DNA of 64,000 bases from Tubulanus polymorphus. Its lineage: Eukaryota; Animalia; Nemertea. The first letter of the stretch is position 1, and each line of letters starts with the position of its first letter. The stretch lies in the NCBI RefSeq assembly GCF_964204645.1, contig NC_134030.1, positions 975,355 to 1,039,354 on the forward strand. The letters run 5' to 3'. Shown piece after piece: positions 13,101-24,055 of this stretch. The notes under the pieces were generated by a model. The model was not told the DNA's origin, ran no database searches, and was given only the letters and a program-made list of their open reading frames with translations. The translations under genes and the position numbers were made by a program.

Positions 13101-16100
13101 TCCTATTTGTTTAAATGAGAAAATTTTGTAAAAAAGTAAATATTGTGTTTTTTCTGACTATTATTGTAGATATCGTTGAGGGCAATCTGAAATCGATAAT
13201 GAGATTAATTCTAGCTTTAGCCGTTCATTATAAACCGAGCAGCGTAAAACTATCAGCGCAAAAACAGATGCAACGAGCTGGAGCTAAACAATCAACAGGG
13301 ACTACTCAGGTTAGTCATACTAGTGCTTAACTATTAACAATGACTTCTCAGGTTAGTCATATTACTACTTAACTATTAACAATGACTTCTCAGGTTAGTC
13401 ATACTACAACAGGGACTACTCCACAAATGCAAACATTCTAGGGGCTGATTAAGGGAAAAAGTAGTCCCTGTAGGCAGGTATGATATCTGAGAGGATGAGG
13501 TCAAATTTGCAGGTTTTAATGATCTCTGTCTTGATGATAAGGACATTTCAGTGGGAAAGGAAGGGACCAGATGCTGTTAACAACCCCTTTGTCTCCCCGG
13601 CCATTCTCCTCATGAACATCAATAGAATTTTACTAAACATTTTGAATGAAGATGAAAGAACAAAAAATTGTTTTTTTTTATTTCAGGGTTTACAGAACGC
13701 TGCAGTAGCAATAGCTGAAGCCAAACGTGAAGCGGTTACTAGTAATATTCATAAACTACATAAACCAGTAGAATATCAACAACATGTTGTTTCTAATAGG
13801 TACGTTTACAACTAACAAACTACACGCGTGCTCGTCTCGGAGCTTAGATATGTATCCAAATTGAGAGTGATATCAGAATTCAGATTTCAACTTGGGAGCG
13901 ATATCAGAATTCAGATTTCAACTTGAGAGTGATATCAGAATTCAGATTTCAACTTGAGAGTGATATCAGAATTCAGATTTCAACTTGAGAGGGATATCAG
14001 AATTCAGATTTCAACTTGAGAGTGATATCAGAATTCAGATTTCAACTTGAGAGTGATATCAGAATTCAGATTTCAACTTGAGAGCGATATCAGAATTCAG
14101 ATTTCAACTTGAGAGCGATATCAGAATTCAGATTTCAACTTGAGAGTGATATCAGAATTCAGATTTCAACTTGAGAGCGATATCAGAATTCAGATTTCAA
14201 CTTGAGAGCGATATCAGAATTCAGATTTCAACTTGAGAGCGATATCAGAATTCAGATTTCAACTTGAGAGCGATATCAGAATTCAGATTTCAACTTGAGA
14301 GCGATATCAGAATTCAGATTTCAACTTGAGAGTGATATCAGAATTCAGATTTCAACTTGAGAGTGATATCAGAATTCAGATTTCAACTTGAGAGCGATAT
14401 CAGAATTCAGATTTCAACTTGAGAGCGATATCAGAATTCAGATTTCAACTTGAGAGTGATATCAGAATTCAGATTTCAACTTGAGAGTGATATCAGAATT
14501 CAGATTTCAACTTGAGAGTGATATCAGAATTCAGATTTCAACTTGAGAGTGATATCAGAATTCAGATTTCAACTTGAGAGTGATATCAGAATTCAGATTT
14601 CAACTTGGGAGCGATATCAGAATTCAGATTTCAACTTGAAAGTGATGATATCAGAGTTACGATTTTTCAAAACGATTACTTGTTAAACAATGTTTGAACT
14701 GTTAGTTTCCATTGACAAAATTCAATTGAAGAAAAACCCACCATCACGAAATAAAACTGAGGGAGAAAAATCAAAGCTGTTTTGAAAATATCTCAAAGAA
14801 TTGAATTTGATTCATCGAATCATTAAACTCTTTGAAAAGTTTTTAAAGGTTTTTCTCTTCAAGAGAAATCTCATGCTGTACAAGCAGACATGTTACATGC
14901 ACATGTGTGAAAACTACATGTACATGTTGGTTGAAGAAATCACCTATAAATATGAATAGAATTATCTTCATAATTTTCAGGCCACAAGACAGAGAACATC
15001 GATTCAGTTATTTCAAACCACCACCGATCACTACAGCGGTCGTAAATAACACCAGGTTCGAAGAGTCATCAGATCACGCCAGTAGTTGTAATAGTCCGTT
15101 GGGAAGTATCTCAGTTAGTCCGACATCCAGTATTAGAGTATCTAGTCCAACGAGTAGCGAAGACATACAAACAACTAGTAAATCATCGTCATCACAACCT
15201 AAACAACAACGAGGTAGAAATTATCTTAAACATTACATTTCAACTCAACCTCCCCTCCCTTTCTGTTCCCCCCTCCATTACTCTCCCTCCCTCCCTCTCC
15301 CCTCCCTATTTATTCCCTCGCCCCCTCCCTCCCTCCCTTTCTGTTCCCCTCCCTCCCATCCTCTCCGGCCCTCTACCCTTCCACCATGTACACAATCTAA
15401 AGTAGGCAATTTTTTTCCCTCTCCCTCCCTCTCTCTGTACCCCTTCCCCCTCCCCTCCCTTCCTCTCCGGCGCTCTCCCATGTGTGCATACCTATCAATG
15501 CCCCTGTAGTACAATCCCTCTCCTTTATCCCCTCTTTCCCTCTATATTCTCTCTCCTCTCTCCTCTCTTCTCATTTCCTCTCTCTCTCTCTCTCTGATAT
15601 GGAATAAGAGAGAGTTAGTTCACTCTTACTGTGATTGTTTTTAACACTTGGTAAATCTCTGTCAGATCAATGAAAGTATGAATGAATTTAGTTTATAGCG
15701 AGATTCACTGTAGTTCACACGTGGACTGTATCGCTCATATCACCACAGTTCAATAGTTCGCCATTTTGATTTCCCAGATTGATGATCGTTTTGTGAAATG
15801 GTTTGTGGATTTTTCTGTTCGTTGTGTTTTGTAGCCGATAATTCTCCAGACGTCGACGAATCGGAATCAATTGAAATTTACAATCAACTTCTCTCGCAAC
15901 ACAACGACATCGAAATCGATATCTCGGATACTAAACAAACTCTCATCTCATTACAACAACTTGTAAGTATTACACATCACAAGGGTTAGTTGCACTGTAA
16001 AGGCTTAAATTTAGGGCCAGTCTAAACACTTTTTGGTTCTATAGCCAATCTAACAACTTAAGACCAGTCTAAACTCATTTTAGTTCTATAACCAATCTAA

Positions 16101-19100
16101 CAACTTGAAACCCGTCTAAGCTCGTTTTGGTTCTATAACCAATCTAACAACTTAAGACCAGTCTAAGCTCATTTTGGTTCTGTAACCAATCTAACAACTT
16201 AAGACCAGTCTAAGCTCATTTTGGTTCTATAACCAATCTAACAACTTGAAACCAGTCTAAGCTCATTTTGGTTCTATGACCTATCTAACAACTTAAGACC
16301 AGTCTTACGATTTAAAACCACATTTGGATTTAGGTCATAATTGGCTCCTGAATCCATGAGTCTATGATTCAGGACCCAGTTCCATAGTTCTGGACCACAT
16401 TGTGAAATTAGGTCGAGTTCTATAGTTCAAGTTGGTTTAGATTTTGTCTTTGGTCTCAAGATACAGCAATCACTGAAACTTAATTCATAACAGACCGTCC
16501 TCGCTTACCAGGGCTCGTTTTCTGAGCTGATCAGTTGTATTATGTTGTATTGTAGTTGTTGCACGATCAGCCACCAGATGGCGCGGAGGAAGCTCCGATA
16601 TTCGAAGGATCGTCTGCCGAGGAACAAATCGTACGTGATTATAAAATCCGTCTGCCGTCGTCTGTCAACAACAATGTAAACCGTTATTTTTAAAATGTCA
16701 TTCATTATATTGATTTTAAAGGTTATATTCAAGAGTAAATTACAATTAACGGAACAACAATTACACGAGTGTCACAACGAATTATCAAAAGTAAGGAGCG
16801 AATGTATGCAACTACAAGGTACTAAAGTAAGTAGCCCATATTGCACTAACATTATTAGTCATTTCTAGTCACTTTGATTCGGGACCCAGTTTAGTTTGAA
16901 ATGTACATTTGTGCCATATTTTATTAGTTATGATTGGTGCTATAGTGACAAATTTAATTCATTTCCAGAGCCAACAATTCATTCAAAACCAACTGTTCCT
17001 GATTTTCAGTATTTGTGACTATTTTAAACGAGAAATACTGATTTAATTTGTTCGATACATTTGCAGAAATATGAAAGGGTCTTCCTGTTGATTACTGATT
17101 AATTTGCACAGAAGTATGAAAGATGTTACTGTGGTTCTTACTGTTGATTACTGATTAATTTGAACAGAAATATGAAACATGTTACTGAGGGTCTTTCTGT
17201 TGATTACTGATTGATTTGAACATTTTCTCTCATATTATCAATGAAATGTTACGGAAAAAAATTCAATTTGTTACTGATAGCAGTTTTCAGAGGTTGGCAG
17301 CCAATGTTTTGAATCTATAGAGTATAATTTCAACTCTCCTAGAGCCGTATTTATACAAAGGATTGTGGATGTGAACTGAGGTCGACTGTTGGCATCATAA
17401 CTTATAATATCTTGTTTTGATTTTTTAGACCGGTCTCCAGCAACGTCTAACCGAACAAGAAAATGCATTTTTACAAATGAAAGCTGAATTTCTGCATAAA
17501 GAGATCACGCATCAGAACATAGACAGTGAGAAGGTAAATGAAATAACCCTAAATTGGGGTCAGGGTTGGGGGGGATTGGGGTCAGGGTGGGGGGGATTGG
17601 GGTCAGGGTGGGGGGATTGGGGTTAGGGTGGGGGGGATTGGGGTTAGGGTGGGGGGGGGATTGGGGTCAGGGTTGGAGGGGGGGATACCGAGCAGTGAGC
17701 ATCACAGGTTCTAAAACAGGCTTCCTAAAGATCAGGGAAAATCTGGAAATTCTGACTCTTCTTAGAAATCATGGAAAATTCAGTAACCTCTTGATAAGAA
17801 ACAGCCCTCACTGAGGATATCTTATAATTTAATCAGAGAATTTGACTGTTTTGGTGTCTTGTTGTTCTTGCTGGTGACGAGTGACACAAGGAACCTCTTG
17901 ATAAGAAACACTGAGGATCTTGTAATTCAATTAGGGAGTTTATGGTCAAGGGTCCTGGACCCAGTTCCACAGTTGTGAGTTTAGAGTTAACTCTGAGTTA
18001 AAATTAGTTCATTTTCAATGAGTTAACTCAGGTTCAAATCTTAACTCTGAACTGTGGAACCGGACCCCGGAAATAGAGAAATATCAAGGTGTGTTTACAA
18101 GTGCTCAAGTTTATTTTTTGTCTGCTCTTTTGTTTTTTAGAGTGAATTTCAGAAACGTTTGAATGAAAAAGACAATCAACTTAAAGATCTAAGAGTAAGT
18201 ATTCAACTGCACTCTCTAGATCCTCAATGTTAGTTACAAAAAATAAATCTGAAAATATTCAATTTCCTGCAGAAGTTGATCATATTTTAATTCCTTAAAA
18301 GCGTTTCACATTGTCAAAATATCAAAGTTCTCCTACATAATTTAGAAAATAATTTAGAAATTATCTATCAATCAATTAGAATATTTGAGCTGCCTCTTAA
18401 GAAGATATTTAAGGGTGATTATAATTTTCACAATATTTTTGATCGATTTTTCAGAAAGAATCGACGCATAAAGATCGCACAATAAAACAACTGAAGGTTT
18501 GTTAGTTTTAAACGCGGATTTCTCACACTGAATTCTCCATTATTTCTGTTACTGACGCGTGATATTTATTTCTAGGAGGAATTAGAACATCAAAGAGAAG
18601 AACGAGATGCGTCGGTGCAAGCGCTCAGAACTCATATACAAACACTCAGTGAAAAACTACAGAAAGTTGGTGAAACTGAGGTAGAGTAGGAGTTAACTTT
18701 TCTGAGATCAGTTGCTCAAAAATATGATCTGCATGAGTTATGTAGTAACAAACCCTTGTTTCAGTTCCACAGTTCTGAACCCTGGATTCAGTTCCACAGT
18801 TCTGAACCCTGGATTCAGTTCCACAGTTCTGAACCCTGGATTCAGTTCCACAGTTCTGAACCCTGGATTCAGTTCCACAGTTCTGAACCCTGGATTCAGT
18901 TCCACAGTTCTGAACCCTTGTTTCAGTTCCACAGTTCTAAATCCTGGATTCAGTTCCACAGTTCTAAATCCTGGATTCAGTTCCACAGTTCTGAACCCTG
19001 GATTCAGTTTCACAGTTCTAAATCCTGGATTCAGTTCCACAGTTCTGAACCCTGGATTCAGTTCCACAGTTCTGAACCCTGGATTCAGTTTCACAGTTCT

Positions 19101-22062
19101 GAACCCTGGATTCAGTTTCACAGTTCTGAACCCTGGATTCAGTTCTGCCATTCTGACCTAATTCAACTCCAGTGATAAACTTAGCTGAAAGAACTGATGA
19201 ACTGAGTCCTGTTGTTAATATAGGAGATTAGATTCTCTGATATTCTAATTTTTGCTGTGTTCAAATTGAAGGCTGCCCTATCGGCTCGCGTGGCGTCTCA
19301 GGATCGTAAAATGGCTCGATTAGAAGGCAAAATGAAACAAGAAACTCAGTCTAATTATCAGGGAACGTCTCCAAATAATGTAAGTACAGTGAGAGGACCA
19401 TCCCCTAATGAAACATCTTGCAGTAGATCCAGTTAAATCCTAATTTATTAGGATTTTTATTTACGGTTAATTTGTTTAAAATGTAACCATTAATGAAAAC
19501 ATTCTGAGTCCATGCTGCGATGATAATATCATAATGTTTCCTTGAGCTAGTGTAGTTTATTTCTACGTGACTATATCCAAATATTCATCTTCAGGAATAT
19601 TTGATAGCAGTTTGGAGCTGACTATTGGGATATAGTTGAAACGTTGAGTACTAGCTTAAGTAACCATTTTGTATTAAGCTTGTTTGACCGAATCACTATT
19701 TGTTTGACTGTATCGCAATAAGACATGAAAGTAGAAACATTGAGTTGTATTTATTATGATAGAACTGTATTCAGGATTTCACCGCTGGTCGAACGGAACA
19801 AATAGAAGTTTTACAAGATTCAATCCGTCAACTGCGTTATAATCTACCGCACGATGAACGCAACCAGGTGGCGCTAGATACTCTAGAACATACTCTATCT
19901 AATATACTGACTAGATACAGCCATATACAGTCTACACAATCTAAACAAGTAAGTTTTAGAAATACCCTCCCAGTAATTCAGGATCCAGTTCTACAGTTCC
20001 ACTGTTCAGGGTCCAGTTCCACAGTTCTGGATCCAGTTCCACAGTTCTGAACCAAGTTCCACAGTTCTGGATCCAGTTCCACAGTTCTGAACCCAGTTCC
20101 ACAGTTCTGAATCCAGTTCCACAGTTCAAGGACTCAGTTCCACAGTTCTGAACACAGTTCCACAGTTCTGGATCCAGTTCCACAGTTCTAAACCCAGTTC
20201 CACAGTTCTGAACCCAGTTCCACAGTTCTGAACTCAGTTCCACAGTTCTGGCTCTAGTTCGAAAGCTTTGAATTGTTAATAGTTTTAATATAAGGTAAAA
20301 CGACTGTTTAACTGGGTTCTGAGTTTCGTCTATATAACTTTCAGTTCAAATAACATTATTGTTACATTATTGATTTTTAGAATAACAGTGGTGACGCCCT
20401 CTATAGTAGTAGTAGTGTACTAGATGGAAGGTCGTCGTCTGCAGCTGCGTCTGTGATGTCATCGATGATGTTCGATTACGATCGTTTAGATAATGGGAAT
20501 AACACGTTAGATCACAATTCCACTAAAATACTCTATTTCTCTGATCACACTGTTACACCATTCATGTGTACAATACCTAAACGGTAAGACTAATCCCACT
20601 CTCCACTCCGTATTCTCCACTCCCCCACTCCCCCTCCCTACTCCCCCCCTCGCTGCTGGCAATGTATCCCACCCTGAATTAGCCATTCATGTGTACTGTA
20701 CCTAAACATTAAGATTGATCCCACTCTCCACTCCTCACTCTCCACTCCATACTCTCCACTCTCCCCTCTCACTGCTGGCAATGTATCCCACCCTGAATTA
20801 GCCAATACTCCACTCTGGCAGATCTGGGGGCAAAGCCTTCATCCAGTTGAGCGGTCTTCCGCAAAGTGCTGATGAAAAACTAACCTACTAAATGATTGAA
20901 ATATTTTATATTTCCAATGTAATTCTCTGACCAGAAATTCCACAGGTATTACATGAAAACGCATCTCAATTTGGTGCCCGCTCGGATCAGTTGCACTTCT
21001 CGAAATCAACCTACGGGCCCTCACTTAAAATACGGGTACTATGTCTATCCCCAGGCTCCTATACCTGAATTATGTATTTTGATGTATCTTTTACAGATTA
21101 GGTTTGGTAACATTGAAAGATTTCAAACAAATCTACGACAGACAAGGAAATTTTAGATATCATTTCAAATCGTTGGATCCAGAATTTGGAACCGTTAAAG
21201 AAGAGGTAATTAATTAACATAAATTAACATAAATTATAGACCATCCAATTATTCAATCCTTGAATAAAGAAGAGGTAATTAATTAACATAAATTATAGAC
21301 CATCCAATTATTCAATCATTGAATAAAAAAGAGGTAATTAATTAACATAAATTATAGACCATCCAATTACTCAATCATTAAATAAAGAAGAGGTAATTAA
21401 TTAACATAAATTATAGACCATCCAATTACTCAATCATTAAATAAAGAAGAGGTAATTAATTAACATAAATTATAGACCATCCAATTACTCAATCATTAAA
21501 TAAAGAAGAGGTAATTAATTAACATAAATTATAGACCATCCAATTACTCAATCATTAAATAAAGAAGAGGTAATTAATTAACATAAATTATAGACCATCC
21601 AATTACTCAATCATTAAATAAAGAAGAGGTAATTAATTAACATAAATTATAGACCATCCAATTATTCAATCATTAAATAAAGAAGAGGTAATTAATTAAC
21701 ATAAATTATAGACCATCCAATTATTCAATCATTAAATAAAGAAGAGGTAATTAATTAACATAAATTATAGACCATCCAATTATTCAATCATTGAATAAAA
21801 AAGAGGTAATTAATTAACATAAATTATAGACCATCCAATTACTCAATCATTAAATAAAGAAGAGGTAATTAATTAACATAAATTATAGACCATCCAATTA
21901 TTCAATCATTAAATTAACATAAATTATAAACATCCGATTACTCTCACATTAGTTCAGGATTTAGAAGTTATTGATATATTTTTATAGATCAGCAATGATG
22001 ATGATATTTTGCCCGGTTGGGAAGGTAAAATCGTCGCGTGGATTGAAGAGGATCACGGTTAG
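5370..22062 (+). CDS. DIXDC1: Dixin (DIX domain-containing protein 1 / Ccd1), 18 coding exons, about 955 aa
   Basis: Phase-compatible GT-AG exons: 5370-6206, 12057-12192, 12716-12841, 13170-13309, 13687-13799, 14981-15213, 15835-15962, 16556-16630, 16722-16826, 17429-17533, 18141-18194, 18455-18496, 18576-18680, 19272-19379, 19775-19948, 20381-20583, 21097-21205, 21988-22062 (2868 nt). CH domain [15 protein letters not shown]...[23 protein letters not shown], coiled-coil exons, and C-terminal DIX domain [31 protein letters not shown]...[38 protein letters not shown]. Exon 1 and the start codon are less certain than the rest. Confidence 0.93.
7625..7823 (-). mobile_element. tRNA-derived SINE
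   Basis: Minus strand: A-box TGGCCGAGTTGG, B-box GGGTTCAAACCC, body, A-rich tail. Degenerate related copies at about 41780-41925. Confidence 0.65.
9539..9580 (-). ncRNA. Minimal type I hammerhead ribozyme motif (Penelope-like-element type)
   Basis: Minus strand reads ACAC-CUGACGA-U-GAUCUC-uagggu-GAGAUC-GAAAC-GUC-GUGU: stem I ACAC/GUGU, core CUGANGA, 6-bp stem II, GAAAC, GUC cleavage triplet. Confidence 0.7.
10064..10157. repeat. (GCT)n trinucleotide tract
   Basis: Interrupted GCT/GCC repeats in DIXDC1 intron 1; similar tracts at 35262-35350 and 42210-42250. Confidence 0.85.
12351..12536. mobile_element. Tc1/mariner-like MITE
   Basis: TA|TAGTGCGTCTACACCGCGGCGCGGTGTAT ... ATACACTGCACTGCGGTGTAAACGCACTG|TA: about 28-bp imperfect TIRs with TA flanks. 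Confidence 0.6.
12549..12663. mobile_element. Palindromic MITE-like element
   Basis: GAGCAAAACCCATGGTTGATG...CATCAACTGTCGGTTTTGCTC; second copy at 22281-22407. Confidence 0.55.
13861..14650. repeat. 31-bp minisatellite, about 25 copies, DIXDC1 intron
   Basis: Unit TTGAGAG(T/C)GATATCAGAATTCAGATTTCAAC. Confidence 0.95.
15990..16345. repeat. 47-bp tandem repeat expanded from the interior of the 100-370/37235 MITE family
   Basis: Unit GGTTCTATAACCAATCTAACAACTTAAGACCAGTCTAAGCTCATTTT, about 6 copies. Confidence 0.85.
17956..18068. mobile_element. MITE with CCAGTTCCACAGTT / AACTGTGGAACCGG termini
   Basis: Terminal inverted repeats; related copy at 27273-27376 and fragments at about 33900-33965 and 49610-49640. 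Confidence 0.65.
18738..19150. repeat. 27-bp minisatellite, about 15 copies
   Basis: Unit CAGTTCCACAGTTCTGAACCCTGGATT. Confidence 0.95.
19978..20260. repeat. 21-bp minisatellite, about 12 copies
   Basis: Unit built on CCAGTTCCACAGTTCTG plus a variable 4-nt spacer. Confidence 0.9.
21197..21935 (+). repeat. 59-bp tandem repeat containing the DIXDC1 exon-17 end and splice donor
   Basis: Unit AATAAAGAAGAG|GTAATTAATTAACATAAATTATAGACCATCCAATTA(T/C)TCAATCATT(A/G); 12 donors including the authentic one. Confidence 0.95.
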
Positions 22063-22280
22063 CCGACGGTGACCTGTAACTGATGACATTGTTGTGATAT
22101 GTTTAAACCGATGCTGTGTTATGCAGCTAGTTCGCTTTGCTCTGAATTCATTCCTATTCAAGAAACTGCGTTAACGCGATGAGTTTGAGAGTTGAGTTTG
22201 AGAGAGTTCATGTCAGCTCTACTAGTAGTTAACATGACTGATAGAGATACTGATATTAATCTCAGTATTACAAAGTTATT

Positions 22281-22407
22281 GATCAAAAGCCACAGTTCAT
22301 GATAAACAGTTTATTTTGATAGTTTCTTTCCTTTTCTTTGATGATGAAGTTTTACACTCAAAACTATCAGAATAAACTGTTAAATCATCAACTGTAGATT
22401 TTGCTCG
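22281..22407. mobile_element. Palindromic MITE-like element in the DIXDC1 3' UTR
   Basis: GATCAAAAGCCACAGTTCATGATAAACAGTTTATTTTGATAGTTT ... AAACTATCAGAATAAACTGTTAAATCATCAACTGTAGATTTTGCTC; homologous to 12549-12663. Confidence 0.55.
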
Positions 22408-23075
22408 ATCTACTAAGAAGAGTTTGCGAGTTTTCTAACGAGATTTTCGTCAGTTCTCTAGGAGTTTAAGACGAGTTTTCTTGGATGTCTGATGTGCCAA
22501 ATATAATGTACTTACAGTCTACATGCAAAAAACATAAACATAATATTGCAAGGCGTTGTTGCGCAATGCTTGTGGATTTATTGATCGATGTTATATCGAA
22601 TTGATTAAACGTAAAATCCTTCCTCGTTCTAAATAATTCATTCCAATGTAAATAATATTCACTGAATATCAATATGTCTCGATGTTTTTGTTTTGAACTG
22701 TTATTGATCGCTGTATGATTCTATAATTGAGATTTTAACTTAAAAAATTCTTGTTCGCTAGGTGTAAATATGTGGAGAATGTGTGGGGGTGAGAGAGGGG
22801 GAGGAGGGGGTGACAGAGGGGAAGGAGGGGGCTTTGAGATTGAGGGAGGGATGAAAGGGGGCTTTTTAAATCAATTTATTTTTTTAGTTTATTCATGAAT
22901 GCCTTGATTGTATGAATTTAGTTTTACCGGTTTAAAATATCATCAATCTGTTCAGAGTTTGGGTTTAAGTAAAATGCGCATGTCTTTTTATTGTTTCAAC
23001 TTGAAAATTATTTTTATCATATATAAATATGATGATTGTATTGAGGCTGTATTTGCAAAAAGATTTTTGTTTTCG

Positions 23076-23081
23076 AATAAA
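23076..23081 (+). terminator. Candidate polyadenylation signal of DIXDC1
   Basis: AATAAA about 1 kb after the stop, followed by a GT/T-rich tract at about 23105-23125. Another AATAAA at 22371. Confidence 0.45.
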
Positions 23082-24055
23082 TGTTTAATACAATGTATTT
23101 AACAGTGTGGTTGTTCCTTTTTGTTACCGCTAGGGGGATCTGACCTTGTATAGCTGCTGCCCCCTACTGGCATCTATAGAAACAAGAATGACTTGTATAT
23201 CCGGCTGCTGATCCGGGTAGCGATGGCGAGTACTGCTTAGATATGAATATATTTATTGTAACTATTGCCATGCACCGCAGCCATGGATCACTTGAGGGCG
23301 CAGTCTTGGGGGGGGGGGGTCCACCGCCGCCCCCAGAGAGATGTTTGAATATAATACACATTACATGAATGTGTTTTCATTCCATGGCCCAGCGACAACA
23401 GAAATACTCTAAACCAATCCCCCATTCGACAAAAAGATGATCGGATTCCTTGGTCACTTTAAATCACCGGTGTAGACTCGTCAGCATGTTGCGCGTTCTC
23501 AACACGTGCAGTGCATCAGCGAAACTGTCATCATTGGAAAGATTAATATGGGAGATGCGTAAAATAATTCTAACATATAGCCACACACTGACGTGGAGAA
23601 CAACTAATAAGTTTAAAACCCACTACACGACGATGATCTCGAGTGAGAGTTCGACGTTGTGTACGTACTTTGATTTTAATTCTTAATGATTAAAATTCGC
23701 CTTCAATCTCTTAAATTCTGAATATAGTCGGTTTTAAACTTATAATTTGAACAAATATAATTGGACATCGATACAACGACACGTGTTGGAACATGACACT
23801 GAAAGTTGTTGCACAAAATCACGGTAATGACACTCTGGGAAGCTCGTTTTAGAATCTAGAACATTTTAATGATGGATCAGATGTCGCTTGTCACAAATAA
23901 TTGGTGGTTGAAAAATGTTGAATTCTAGAATTGCTGGAGGAAAGCAAATGATACAAATCATAAACGTTAGTTTAATCTCTCCACACTGAGTAGGGAAGGA
24001 ATTCCGTTCGTTGCATTTTGGTGAAGATTGCATCGTGATGTTGTAGTCCGGTAGA

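Noticed and set aside
13861-14650. CRISPR-like regular repeats (also 21197-21935 and 61551-62449)
   Set aside because: Units are contiguous with no unique spacers, there are no cas genes, and the context is eukaryotic.
18712-19175. Three overlapping 137-149-aa ORFs
   Set aside because: 27-bp intronic minisatellite between DIXDC1 exons 18576-18680 and 19272-19379.
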